64,000 bases of DNA from an uncultured Planctomycetaceae bacterium. Its GTDB lineage: Bacteria; Planctomycetota; Planctomycetia; Isosphaerales; Isosphaeraceae. The first letter of the stretch is position 1; each line of letters begins with the position of its first letter. Below, in pieces: positions 10,700 through 21,681 of this stretch. The notes under the pieces were generated by a model. The model made no database searches and had not been told where the DNA came from. It saw nothing but the letters and a program-made list of their open reading frames with translations. Location of the stretch: positions 3,072,001 through 3,136,000 of the forward strand of contig CAWIAD010000001.1 of assembly GCA_963833985.1 (NCBI GenBank), written 5' to 3'. The position numbers and the translations under genes were made by a program.

Positions 10700-12316
10700 T
10701 CACGGTTTGATATCCTGGCCCCAGTCCGTATGATCCGGGCCGGGCCACTCATCCACGAAACTGCGCCGAGCCCAGTCGTTCCAGGCGGCTACCAGCTTTG
10801 CGGCACGCTCGGGCTCCTGCGTGATCAGGTCGTGCTGCTCGGTGCGGTCGGCCTCCATGTCGAAGAGCTGCCAGGGCTGCCGGTGACGCAGGACCAGCTT
10901 CCACTTCCCATCGCGCACGGCCTTGTTTCCCTCGTGCTCCCAGAAGATCGGCGCGGTGCGGCCAAGCGGTTTTCCCTCGAAGGCGGGGCGCAGGCTCACC
11001 CCCTGCATCGGCTCGATGGCCTGGCCGCCATAGGCGCGCGGGTAGGAGACGCCGGCAAGTTCGACGGCTGTCGCCATGACGTCGATCAGGTGCACCGGCT
11101 GCTTCTTGAGCGTTCCGCGACGCTGCGCCGGTATCCCCGCCGGCCAGTGGGCGATGAGCGGCGTGCTGATACCCCCCTCGTGCGTGAAGTGTTTGTAGCG
11201 GCGGAACGGCGTGTTGGCCAGCGTCGCCCAGTCCATGCCAAGAAGCACGTAAGACTGCGGGCCGCCAATCGGACCCTCACCACGCGTGACGCCGGGCGGA
11301 CCACCTTCCGCGTTGCCGCCGTTATCGCTCAGGAACAGGATCAAGGTGTTCTCGAGCAATCCCCGCGGCTCCAGTCCCGCAACCAGGTTGCCCAGGGCAA
11401 GGTCGATCCGTTCAATCATCGCCGCGTAGACGGCCATGATCTCATCGAAGCGCTGTCGCCGGTCGTCAGCCCGCGTCTCCCAGGCAGGCACGTCCGGCGG
11501 GCGCGCCGTAAGGCTCCAGCGCGGGTCGATCAGGCCCAGAGCGAGCTGCCTTGCGTAACGCTGATCGCGGAGCGCGTCCCAGCCTGCGAGGTAACGGCCC
11601 CGGTATTTCGCGATGGTCTCCGCCGGTGCGCGGAGCGGGAAATGCACAGCCCCTTGCGCGAGGTACAGGAAGAAGGGCTTCTTCTCCGCGCGTGCCTCAT
11701 CGATGAACTTCAGGCCCCACTCGGTGAAGAGGTCCGTCGAGTACCAGTCCTTGCCGAAGACCGGCGAATCCTTCGGCAGTTCCCGGCCGTTCAGGTAGAG
11801 GTTCACCGTCCCCGGCCGGTCGGACTCCCTGGGGAAGTAGATCTCACCAAAGCGCGAGTTGAGCGAGCGCTGAAAGCCCCGGTTCCAGGGAGCGCAACCG
11901 TGCTGCTGGCCGAGGTGCCACTTCCCCGCCATCGCCGTGAAGTAACCGGCGTCGCGGAGGACCTCGGCGATCGTCACTGACCGTGGCAGGAGCCGGCCTC
12001 GAATCCCCTTCGATCGCGGCTCGACCCGGGTATCGAGCCAGCCCATGCCGGCCTGATGCGGATAGAGGCCCGTCAACAGCGACGCCCGCGAAGGGCTGCA
12101 CCGCGCCGCGTTGTAAGCCTGCGTGAAGCGAACCCCCCGCGCGGCGAGCCGGTCAAGGTTGGGCGTGGGCACCTCGCCGCCGTAGCAGCCGATGTCGGAG
12201 AAGCCCATGTCGTCGACGAGCACGACAATGATGTTCGGCCGCTCGGCCGCGCTGGCCGGACAGTTCAGTCCAGAGCAGCCGCTCAGGAGAAGCAAGCAAG
12301 CGATCGACGTTCGCAT
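10700..12316 (-). CDS. Arylsulfatase (formylglycine-dependent, Cys type)
   Basis: RPNIIVVLVDDMGFSDIG, CSPSRASLLTG (CxPxR), GKWHLG, SDNG and EGGISTP. Confidence 0.92.
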   Translation of the reverse strand: MRTSIACLLLLSGCSGLNCPASAAERPNIIVVLVDDMGFSDIGCYGGEVPTPNLDRLAARGVRFTQAYNAARCSPSRASLLTGLYPHQAGMGWLDTRVEPRSKGIRGRLLPRSVTIAEVLRDAGYFTAMAGKWHLGQQHGCAPWNRGFQRSLNSRFGEIYFPRESDRPGTVNLYLNGRELPKDSPVFGKDWYSTDLFTEWGLKFIDEARAEKKPFFLYLAQGAVHFPLRAPAETIAKYRGRYLAGWDALRDQRYARQLALGLIDPRWSLTARPPDVPAWETRADDRRQRFDEIMAVYAAMIERIDLALGNLVAGLEPRGLLENTLILFLSDNGGNAEGGPPGVTRGEGPIGGPQSYVLLGMDWATLANTPFRRYKHFTHEGGISTPLIAHWPAGIPAQRRGTLKKQPVHLIDVMATAVELAGVSYPRAYGGQAIEPMQGVSLRPAFEGKPLGRTAPIFWEHEGNKAVRDGKWKLVLRHRQPWQLFDMEADRTEQHDLITQEPERAAKLVAAWNDWARRSFVDEWPGPDHTDWGQDIKP

Positions 12317-12532
12317 GGTCCTGGTACCTGGTTGAGCCTTCATGAGATGGGCCGCTCGCGGGGAGAAGCAGGATCAGCCGGCTTCCGTTTGACACGACCT
12401 TCGAGAGACGCCCGCATGGCCGCGATCCGGATCGCGGATGCCCGAAGATCGACAATCGATCAGCCGACGACGATACCGGTGCGGCGGAGGCATCGAAAGC
12501 CCCTGACCGGCCTTCGCCCTTTGTGGAGATCC

Positions 12533-12560
12533 TTGACTGAGCGGAGGGCCACAGTATGAT
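12533..12560 (+). promoter_or_regulatory. Candidate sigma70 promoter of the PQQ-ADH operon
   Basis: TTGACT-N16-TATGAT, about 150 bp upstream of the ADH start. Confidence 0.5.
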
Positions 12561-12706
12561 AGCCCAAGGCTGGGTCGGCCGTGGATTCTCTTGTCGCGAT
12601 TCCGATTCCCCAACACTTCTGAAGTCGCCTCGGACGCCGCGAGACACTTGTCTGCATCTCCTTCGTCTTGCCGCAGGCTCTTCGGAAGAGAGGAGAGGTC
12701 GCTGCT

Positions 12707-14545
12707 GTGAGCGTACTGCACTTCCACTTACTCGATCAGGCTCGACCGCGGGCGCGCAGTCGTACTCTCATCACGATTACGGGGCTTGCCTGCTGCCTGG
12801 TCCTGAGTGCGTGGGCGCTTCAGGCCGTCGCACCAGCGGCCCCCAGTCAGCCGCCCGGAGATGAACCGGTCGGCGCCGTCGACAACGAAGATCTCTTGAA
12901 GGCCGGCACCAACAATGGCAACTGGCTGATGTACGGCCGCACCTACAACGGCCACCGTTACAGCTCATTGAAACAGATCAACACCACGAACGTCTCCCGG
13001 CTCGTTCCAGCCTGGACGTTCCAGACGGGAGTGCTCGACGGCTTCGAGTGCTCGCCGCTGGTCATCGATGGGATCATGTATCTCACGACTCCCTGGAATC
13101 ACGCTTACGCGGTGGATTGCAAGACTGGCTCCCAGATCTGGCACTACCAGAAATCGCTGCCCGAGAACCTCGCGCTGTGCTGCGACGCGGTGAACCGGGG
13201 ATTCGGGGCCTGGGGCGACCGCCTTTACATGGCAACGCTCGACGCTCACCTGGTTTGCCTTGACATGAGGACCGGCGAGGAGGTGTGGGACACGCCCATC
13301 ACCGTCCGCGGCGAGGACGGCAAGGAGACCGGCGACATCTACAAGATGGCCTACAGCGCGACTGTCGCCCCGCTGGTCGTCAAGGGCAACGTGATCATCG
13401 GCATCAGCGGCGCGGAGTACGGTATCCGGGGATTCATCGACGCCTACGACGCGAAGACGGGGAAGCGGATCTGGCGGTTCTTTACCGTTCCCGGCGCGGA
13501 AGACACATCCGAGCCGGCCCGCAAGGCCCTGGCGACGTGGGAGGGCAATTCCTGGCTGACCGGAGGCGGCTCGGCCTGGGTGACCGGCACCTATGACCCC
13601 GAACTCAACACCCTTTACTGGGGAATCGGCAACCCCTCGCCGGACTTCAACGGCGAGGTGCGAAAAGGGGATAACCTCTTCACATGTTCCATTCTGGCTC
13701 TGAACCCGGACGACGGACGATACAAGTGGCATTTCCAGAACAGTCCCCACGATGTCTGGGACTATGACGGTGTGAACGAACCGGTCCTGGTCGACATCAC
13801 CAGAGACGGCAAGGCGACGAAGGCGCTCATCCAGGCACATCGAAACGGCTACTTCTACTGCTTGAACCGCGAGAATGGCGAGTTCCTTTTCGCGAAGCCA
13901 TTCTGCGAGGTCACCTGGACCGACCGCAGCAAGGGCGTGGATGGTCTCGATCCCAGGACGGGCCGGCCGTTCGTGAACCCGGCGGCTCTCCCGACCAGGG
14001 AGGGTGTCCGCGTCTGCCCTGGGGCCTCGGGCGGCAAGGAATGGAACCCGATGGCGTTCGATCCCACGTCGAACACGGCTTTCGTACCCGTCATCAATAA
14101 CTGCGCAAAGTTCACCTCGGGGAAGGCCTTCTTCATCAAGGGGCAGCCCTACTGGGGCAGTTCCCTGACACTCATCGACAACCAGGCCTCGGGCGCCTTC
14201 AAGGCCATTGATGCGACGACCGGGAAGATCAAGTGGGAAGTGGCCACACGATCGCCCATGGTGGCCGGTGCGCTCGCAACCGGCGGCGGCCTGGTTTTCA
14301 CCGGTGATGCCGAAGGTTTCTTCACGGCGTACGATTCCCAGACAGGGAAAACGCTCTGGAGCTTTCAGTGCGGCTCGGGACACCATTCCGGCCCCATCAC
14401 CTACAGTCTCGACGGCCGGCAGTACATCGCGGTGTCGGTGGGCTGGGGCGGCTGGACGGCCGGGTTCGCGGGTGACGGCGCTCCATGGCTCAAGAATGCA
14501 CGCCGCGGGAATACGCTCTTCGTCTTCGCACTACCCGAGAGTTGA
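12707..14545 (+). CDS. PQQ-dependent methanol/ethanol-family dehydrogenase with lanthanide-type active-site motif
   Basis: NWLMYGR, vicinal CC in LCCDAVNRG, SGAEYGIRG, GNPSP, PHDVWDYDGVNE, GGKEWNP and GRQYIAV; GTG 12707 follows GAGGAG. Confidence 0.92.
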   Translation: MSVLHFHLLDQARPRARSRTLITITGLACCLVLSAWALQAVAPAAPSQPPGDEPVGAVDNEDLLKAGTNNGNWLMYGRTYNGHRYSSLKQINTTNVSRLVPAWTFQTGVLDGFECSPLVIDGIMYLTTPWNHAYAVDCKTGSQIWHYQKSLPENLALCCDAVNRGFGAWGDRLYMATLDAHLVCLDMRTGEEVWDTPITVRGEDGKETGDIYKMAYSATVAPLVVKGNVIIGISGAEYGIRGFIDAYDAKTGKRIWRFFTVPGAEDTSEPARKALATWEGNSWLTGGGSAWVTGTYDPELNTLYWGIGNPSPDFNGEVRKGDNLFTCSILALNPDDGRYKWHFQNSPHDVWDYDGVNEPVLVDITRDGKATKALIQAHRNGYFYCLNRENGEFLFAKPFCEVTWTDRSKGVDGLDPRTGRPFVNPAALPTREGVRVCPGASGGKEWNPMAFDPTSNTAFVPVINNCAKFTSGKAFFIKGQPYWGSSLTLIDNQASGAFKAIDATTGKIKWEVATRSPMVAGALATGGGLVFTGDAEGFFTAYDSQTGKTLWSFQCGSGHHSGPITYSLDGRQYIAVSVGWGGWTAGFAGDGAPWLKNARRGNTLFVFALPES

Positions 14546-14547
14546 GG

Positions 14548-16931
14548 ATGATGCTCTCCCCCTGCCGAGCCGCCGTGTTGCTGATCGCCTCTGGTGCGTT
14601 GTGCTCCCATTGCATGGGGGACGACGACGGCCCGCGGGATGCTGCCGCCACCACGGGACAGCGGCCGCTGACGGTCTGTGCCTTGCCAGCCGCGATGCCT
14701 CGGACCGGCAAGGCGCCCGACGGCTCTCCGCGGGGGCTCGATGTCGGCGTTGCGCAGCGCCTGGCGCGCATCCTGGGACGAACCGTCGAGTTTCACTGGT
14801 GCGCCAGCGCGGAGTGCGGCTGGCATTGCCTGCCCGAGGGCCGGTGCGACATGGTCGTCGGCCAGCCGCAGGATTCCGGCCCCCGCGCGAGGTGGCCTGG
14901 AGCGTTCCCTATGCGGGTGCCCAGTTCGGGCTCCTGGTTCCGAACGGTACTCGGGACGTTCACTCCCTGACCGACCTCGGAGGCAAGCGCGTCGGCATCG
15001 TGGCCGGCACCGTGGCTCTCTCCGAGAAAGACCACTCAGTGGTTCGATTCAAGACACGTGAAGACTTGCTGAACAGCTTCGCAGGGGCGTCGCTGGACGC
15101 CGCGTTCGTTGACGCCGACTTCGCCGCCTGGTTCCTGCACGGGCACCCCCAGCTCGGGCTCCGGCTCGTGACCGAATACACTCCGCGCGAACGCTGGAAC
15201 ATGGCACTGGCCGTGCGCGCCCGAGATTCCCAGCTCATCGTGGAACTGAACCGGGCCCTGGCCCAGCTTGCGGAGTCGGGCGAGCTGCGGCGGGTTTACG
15301 CCGAGCACGGGGTGCCGTTCCGTCCACCGTTCACGGCTTCGGCCCAGCGGCCGGCAACCGCTGATGCCTGGCAGCAGATCAGCAAGCGCCGTCAGCTCGT
15401 GGTCAGTATGGACCCTGCCAACTTGCCCTACTCCAGCGCCAGGGTGGATCGGCCCGGGTTCGACGTCGAGCTGGCACACGCCCTGGCTGATCAGCTCCGG
15501 GTCGAGCTGCGCATCGACTGGCTGGATATCCACCACGAGACCGCGGTGGGGCGTCTCCTCAAGCGCGAGTGCGACCTGGTTTTCGGTGAGGCCGTGGCCC
15601 CCAATATCGTCGCCGATGAGGAGGAGCTGGCGGGCAAGGTCCTCTACTCACGGCCCTACTACGGGACGGGCTATGTCCTCGTCCGGCGCAAGGCCGGCCC
15701 CCACGTGCGGTCGCTGAGGGATTTTCAGGGAGCGAATTCGCAACGCCTCGGAGCCGAGGCTGGCTCGGTCGCCGACTACAACCTGCGTCAGAAAGGTTTC
15801 CTGCGCCGTCTCTACCGCAACCAGCTCGCCACGCTCAAGGCCCTGAGCGACGGAGACCTCGACGCGGCCTACCTCTGGGCCAACGTGGGCTGGACCCTGC
15901 ACACTTCCCCGGATTCTCCACTGGAAATCGTGCCGGATTACGTGCCGGAGGATCACTGGAACATCGCGGTGGCCATGAGCGCGGGGAACGGCGAGCTGAA
16001 GCGCCATGTCGACGAGGCCCTGGACCGTCTCATGTCGGACGGGACCGTCGCCCGCGCCCTGGACCGTTACCACGTGCCTCATCATGCCCCCTTCGAAGAG
16101 CGCCTCGGCGCTGCCCGGGGGAGCGCCGAGGCACCGATTCATCACGCAGTCGCCAACCGGGGTCCTGAACCCCGTATGCAGAAGATCACGACTTCGAGAC
16201 ACCCGTACTCCGCACTCTCCCGGGTCCATTCGGCCGGAGAATTGGTCGTGGGGCTCGACCCCAACAACCTCCCATTTTCGGCGGCCTATCCGCAGCCGGC
16301 CGGGCTCGATCACGAGATCGCGGGCCTGCTCGCCGCACAACTGGGCGTCCGCTTGCGCGTGTACTGGGCCTACTCCGCACATGATTCTTACCCGTCGAAG
16401 CTGGCGGCCAGGCAGCTTTGCGACGTGATCCTGGGCGTCATGCCCGACGATCGCTTCGGCCAGCGCGTCCTCTTTTCCCGACCCTACCACATCGCGAAGT
16501 ATTTACTCGTCGTGCGTCGTGGTGCAAGCCAACCTGCGGCCACGGAGCCCCTGGCCGTGGAGGAAGGCGTTGCGGTACGTGGCATGAAAGGCCACGAAGC
16601 GCGGTTCTACCCGAGTACCGAGGCCGTCCTCGAAGCCGTCGTGAAAGGACGCGCAAACAGCGGCTATGTGATCTCGACGCGCGGTCAGTGGCTGGCAGCC
16701 CAGCGCTGGCCGGGGTGCCTGACTTTTTGCCCCGCCTCTCCCTTCGAGGCCGCGGATTGCTTCCCCATTTGCGCAGCGGTTCGCAAGACGGACAGTGACC
16801 TGAAGGACGCCATCGACCAGGCCTGGGGTGAGCTCGAGCGCTCGGGCCGCCTGGCGCAGGTCTTCGCTCGCTGGCACCTCCCTTATGAGATCGTGGCCGT
16901 GTCTGACGAGTCGAAAGCGACGCACCCGTGA
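14548..16931 (+). CDS. MxaJ/XoxJ-like substrate-binding protein with three tandem SBP family-3 domains; frameshift near 14885
   Basis: Three repeats: LTVCALPAAMP..GLDV; LVVSMDPANLPYS..GFDVE..CDLV..SRPYY; LVVGLDPNNLPFS..GLDHE..CDVI..SRPYH. Confidence 0.75.
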
Positions 16932-17854
16932 AGCGCCGTATTCCTGACACACATCGCGGTGGTCGATGGGCCGTGCTGAGCGCCGGGCTGCTCATCTGTG
17001 GAGGCGTGGTGGCGGCCAGCACACCGGATCACGCACCACGAGCGGCCCTCGCCATGAATCCTCCTGCACTGCCTGAGACTGCCAGGTACATTTCCCTCGC
17101 AGTGCCAGCCGCCCAGGCCAAGGAGGTCGCCGCGGCCACGGCTCAGAACGCGGAGGAGCTCGAACAAGGCCAGTCTCTGTTCCGCGGTCTGTGCAGCGGT
17201 TGTCACGGAGGTGCGGGTCGCGGTGGTAAGGGACCCGACTTGACGGACGACCGCTGGATTCACGGCGGCACCGATGACGAGATCGCCCACGTCATCCAGA
17301 ATGGAGTGCCCAAGACAACCATGAAGAAGATGGGCGATTCCCTCAAGCCAGACCAGATTCGCAAGGTCATTGCCTACATCCGGAGCCTGGCACGCGCTCC
17401 TGGCGAGACGCAGTGGAAGCCATACATGAGCGGCGAGCCGGCGGCCGGGCGTAAGCTCTTCTTCGATCTCAAGAGCAAGGTCCAGTGCGCCAGGTGTCAT
17501 AACCTGGAAGGCGAGGGCGGCCGGATCGGCCCCAGCCTCGATCGCATCGCCAGCCGTCGCGCTCCGGAGTTCATCATGGAATCGATCCTCCAGCCCTCCA
17601 GGGAGATCGCCCCCGAGTACGAGGCGGTGATCGTTGCCACGAGAGAGGGCCGGATCATCACAGGTCTGCGCATCAACGAGACCAACTTCAGCATCCAGCT
17701 CACCGAGGAGAACGGCCGCTTCCACTCGTTCCTCAAGAAGGACCTGGAAGAATTCAAGGTCACGAAGAAATCGCTGATGCCCGACAACTTCGCGGAACTT
17801 CTCAGCGTCAAGGAGCTGCACGACCTTTTCGCGTTCTTGATGACGCTGGAATGA
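16928..17854 (+). CDS. Di-heme c-type cytochrome, probable electron acceptor of the ADH
   Basis: CSGCH and CARCH motifs; GPDLTDDRWIHGG; IGPSLD...ESILQPS...SLMPDNF heme-binding domain; GTGA overlap. Confidence 0.88.
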   Translation: MKRRIPDTHRGGRWAVLSAGLLICGGVVAASTPDHAPRAALAMNPPALPETARYISLAVPAAQAKEVAAATAQNAEELEQGQSLFRGLCSGCHGGAGRGGKGPDLTDDRWIHGGTDDEIAHVIQNGVPKTTMKKMGDSLKPDQIRKVIAYIRSLARAPGETQWKPYMSGEPAAGRKLFFDLKSKVQCARCHNLEGEGGRIGPSLDRIASRRAPEFIMESILQPSREIAPEYEAVIVATREGRIITGLRINETNFSIQLTEENGRFHSFLKKDLEEFKVTKKSLMPDNFAELLSVKELHDLFAFLMTLE

Positions 17855-18340
17855 GAGCGGTCAAGCCCCTTCATGCTCTCGACCGAGGCCCGCGCCTCGC
17901 GTCCCTGGGGTCGTCGCGGTGCTCCCGGTTCTCGAACTGCGCAAATCACAACAAAGGCGCGCGAAGCATCGCGGGAGTGGCCAGCCGCCACTGCTCCGGT
18001 ACTCCATACATCAGATTTGTTGATTTATGAAATTTCTGAAAAAAAGATATACTTGCAGACACCTTGCTGAAGCGTACTCCGTATGTTTGAATTCCGTACA
18101 TAGGACCTCGATGATCTCGGTTCTGTGCCGCCCTTCCAAGGCACATCTGCTGAAGCGGAATCCAGCGCGGCCGGAGGCGGTCCGAGATAACGCAGACCAG
18201 GCCAGGCTGATAGGTGACAGCGATCACGACGAGACCACAACGATGCGTGGGTAGCATGGTTCCTGCCCGATGACAAGGATGGCCGCCATCACTGCTGCCT
18301 GAGACCACGCAGCGGAACGGAACCGATGCCGGGAGGTTCA

Positions 18341-20614
18341 TTGAAGGTGGATCAGCTCATCTCCCCGTTTCGGCCCTACGTGCAGCTGAACCCGGCCTCA
18401 TTGCCGTTTTTCCTAGCCGCGGTCCTGTCGTTCTGCCTGGTCGTGCTCGCCTGGGGGCGTCGCAAAGAACCCTCGGCGCCTCCCCTCATCTCGCTGCTCG
18501 CGTTCGAAGGGATCTGGTCGTTATGTGAAGCGATGAAAGCGGTCTTGATCGACCCATCCGCACAGGCGGTGATGTACCGCCTGAAGCTGTCGGCCGTGGC
18601 CCTCGTACCGCCTTCGCTCCTGTTCTTCGTCCTCGAGTACACGAGCCGGACGGGTGCCCCGTCCTCGCGATTCAGGGTGTTGATCCTCGTCGTGCCGGCG
18701 GTCACCATCAGCCTCATTGCAACCTCCGGGGAACACCATCTCTTCCTCACGGGTATGGAACAGGTCGACATCTGGGGCTATCGGCTGCTCTCTCCCAGCT
18801 ACGGCCCTGCATTCTGGATTCATACCAGCTACTGTTATGCCCTGTTGTGCCTGTCGGCATGGCTGCTCGCCCGCTCCGCCATGGCGCTGAGCGGGGTCTT
18901 GAGGATCCAGATGCTCTTCTTATCAGCGTGCCTGTTCATCCCCCTCATCACCAACGTGGGAGACCTGCTGAAGATCATCCCGGAGCCCTACCGCCAATAT
19001 GACCTTACGGCCGCGACCTTCCTGGTGACGGGCGTGTTCGGCCTGATGCTGCTGCGGCGGTTCCATCTCATCAACACGGCGCCGGTGAGCTATTCCCTGG
19101 TGCTGCACGAGATGCTCGACGCGATCATCGTGCTCGACGCCTGGGGACGGATCGCCGGCGTGAACCGGGCCGCCCTGCGCCTCATGGGACGCCTCGATCA
19201 GGACATCGCGGGCTTCCCCGGCACCGTGATCCCGGCATGGCTTCAGATTCCTGAACATCTCTCGAAGCTGGAAGGAGCCGCCGAGCTATCGTATCGCCTG
19301 GTCCTGGACTCGCGTGATCCCGGTGCCACCTATGATGTCCGGGTCTCGCGCTTCCCGCACGGCCACGAACCGGGATGGCTGGTGATCATCCGCGACATCT
19401 CCGCGCAATCGCGCGCGGAAGCGGAGCGGACGGCCCGGATCGCAGCCGAGGAGGCCAACGGGGCCAAGGACGCGTTCCTGGCCAAGCTGAGCCATGAGCT
19501 CCGGACCCCGCTCACGCCTGTGCTCGCGATCGTTTCCGCGGCCCTCGATCGCCGGTCGATCCCCTCGGAATGGCGATCGTCCCTGGAGATCGTCCAGAGA
19601 AATGTCCGTCTCGAGGCGCGTTTGATCGACGATCTGCTGGACCAGAGCCTGATCTCGCTGGGGAGATTACGCCTGCGGTCGGAACTTGTCGAAGCGCACC
19701 AGCTCTTGCGGCAAAGCGTGGAGAACTGCGCGGAGTTTCTGCGGGATGCCGGCCTGGTCACCCGCCTTGAGCTTGGCGCGACGAGCAGCCGGCTCGCTGC
19801 CGATCCGGGCCGGCTCCAGCAAGTCTTTTGGAACCTCATCATCAACGCAGCGAGGTATTCGCACCCCCACAGCGTGCTGACGATCCGCACGCGAAACATC
19901 GCCACGGATACCATCGCCATCGAATTTCAGGACGAGGGGCGCGGCCTGTTGGCGTCGCAACTGGAGGAGATCTTCGAGCCCTTCATCCAGGGTACAACCC
20001 ACGGCCGCGAACGAGGTCCGGGCCTGGGCCTGGGGCTGTCGATCGGCCGGTGGATCGTCGAGGCCCACGGGGGAACCCTTGTCGCGGAGAGTCCGGGGAC
20101 CGGGAAGGGCGCGACGTTCCGCGTCGTCCTGCGCACGGCGGACCCCGCCGAAATGGGGCCCCTTGATCGACCGAGTCTCAGGGACGAGACCATCGAGCAG
20201 CCCTCCGCCGTAGAGCCCGCTGAAGTCCGAGAATCGAGCAAGCACACGACGATCCTGCTGGTCGAGGACAACGTGGATTCCCTGAACGCTCTGGCGATGT
20301 CTTTGTCGCAACTCGGCTACGAGGTGCACCCCGCGAACAGCGTCCGCACCGCCCTGGCCGCCGCCGAAACGGGAGACTTTGATATCATTCTCAGCGACCT
20401 GGAACTGGGGGACGGTACCGGGTTGGATCTGTTGCGTTCCATGGGCCCCGGCCGTTCGGTCCCGGCGATCGCCTTCACCGGATACGGGTCCGAGCAGGAT
20501 CGGAAAATGTGCCTGGATGCCGGCTTCGAGATACACCTCATCAAGCCCGTCTTGACCAGGCAGCTCGACGAGGCGATCCGGAGCCTCATCGAGAAACCAT
20601 CACTCAAGGCATGA
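18341..20614 (+). CDS. Hybrid sensor histidine kinase (7TM, PAS, HisKA, HATPase, receiver)
   Basis: About 7 hydrophobic helices; FLAKLSHELRTPL; LQQVFWNLIINA; DEGRG; GLGLGL; ILLVEDN...SDL...KPV. Confidence 0.92.
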   Translation: MKVDQLISPFRPYVQLNPASLPFFLAAVLSFCLVVLAWGRRKEPSAPPLISLLAFEGIWSLCEAMKAVLIDPSAQAVMYRLKLSAVALVPPSLLFFVLEYTSRTGAPSSRFRVLILVVPAVTISLIATSGEHHLFLTGMEQVDIWGYRLLSPSYGPAFWIHTSYCYALLCLSAWLLARSAMALSGVLRIQMLFLSACLFIPLITNVGDLLKIIPEPYRQYDLTAATFLVTGVFGLMLLRRFHLINTAPVSYSLVLHEMLDAIIVLDAWGRIAGVNRAALRLMGRLDQDIAGFPGTVIPAWLQIPEHLSKLEGAAELSYRLVLDSRDPGATYDVRVSRFPHGHEPGWLVIIRDISAQSRAEAERTARIAAEEANGAKDAFLAKLSHELRTPLTPVLAIVSAALDRRSIPSEWRSSLEIVQRNVRLEARLIDDLLDQSLISLGRLRLRSELVEAHQLLRQSVENCAEFLRDAGLVTRLELGATSSRLAADPGRLQQVFWNLIINAARYSHPHSVLTIRTRNIATDTIAIEFQDEGRGLLASQLEEIFEPFIQGTTHGRERGPGLGLGLSIGRWIVEAHGGTLVAESPGTGKGATFRVVLRTADPAEMGPLDRPSLRDETIEQPSAVEPAEVRESSKHTTILLVEDNVDSLNALAMSLSQLGYEVHPANSVRTALAAAETGDFDIILSDLELGDGTGLDLLRSMGPGRSVPAIAFTGYGSEQDRKMCLDAGFEIHLIKPVLTRQLDEAIRSLIEKPSLKA

Positions 20615-20850
20615 TGCGAAGACTCGTCGGGATCTCGAAGAGAACCAGGTCCAGCCGCTTGCCACCGGGAACCGATGGACCAGCCGCTGGAAACGAAGCC
20701 TCAGGAATGCGGGGCAGCCATTGAGAGTCTGTCCCACATGGGGAACAATCAGAGGCCGACGGCCCTGGCCAGGTATGCGGAACAAGGGGATGAGACCGGT
20801 GAAACGGGCCTGCCGCTGGCGAGCCTCACGGGTTGACCCTCAAGCCTCTC

Positions 20851-20917
20851 GCGTGGGACAAGATTCCATTCTTGTCTCTTCAAATCTTCTGATGATCCTC
20901 TCGTTTCGTGACAAGAT
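20851..20917. repeat. REP-like inverted-repeat pair; right arm split by the intron (remainder at 24927-24943)
   Basis: Left arm GCGTGGGACAAGATTCCATTCTTGTC (20851-20876); rejoined right arm GACAAGAT|CGGAATCGTGTCCCACG; similar element at 41941. Confidence 0.75.
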
Positions 20918-21081
20918 GTAGAGTCGAGGTGTGGCGCGGTGGGCTCGAGTCGATGGCTCGGCTGGGCCTCGTTTCCACACCCCGCTCATCAAACTGGACG
21001 GGCGGTGTTCCCGCATCCAGCTTTCGGACAAGGCTTGTCTCATCGGTTGAGTTCACACGTTCGCTCACGAAACCATCGCGG

Positions 21082-21681
21082 CTAGGTTCGTTGCAGCTGG
21101 TAAAGATGCAACTCCTGGTGCAGGTATCTGTCAGGGTAGCGTCTGAGCCCCTGACCCGGCACCTTGAACTTCGCACACAACCACTGACGTACCCGGTAGC
21201 GGACGTGGTGGTTGACTTGGCGATAGGCTGGGCTCACCGTTCCGATGCGAAAATAGTTGGACCAACCGCGGAACTTGCGATTGATCCGACCAATCTGCAT
21301 CTCGACGTCCTGTCCAGTGGTCTGGCGCGTCGTCATCGCACTGATCTCGCTGCACAGCCGAATGATCTTCTTCCGCGATGGGCGTGACCCTATGTAGGAT
21401 CGGCCCGTTCGTCGGTCGTAGTTCCGGCCGAGGGTATAACCCAGAAAGTCGAACGTCTCCTCAGGCAGGTGGCACAGCCGCGTCTTGGTCTCGTTCACCG
21501 TTAACTTCAGCCTGGACATCATCTTCCGCATCACCGTCATGGCCTCTTCGGCCGTGCCGCGACAGCAGATGACGAAGTCGTCCGCATAGTTGACGATTCG
21601 CGCGACCAGACGCCGCTCGTGTCCACCAGTCTTCCATCCCTTCACAAATCGTCGCATGTAGATGTTGGACAACAATGGTGA
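21082..21681 (-). pseudogene. ltrA: 3' half of the intron RT/maturase (199 aa)
   Basis: SPLLSNIYM, IVNYADDFVI, KLTVNETKT, FDFLGY and RGWSNYF. Confidence 0.9.

Noticed and set aside
17950..18330. AT-rich patch as ncRNA or foreign DNA
   Set aside because: Short, with no recognisable structure; likely the kinase promoter region.
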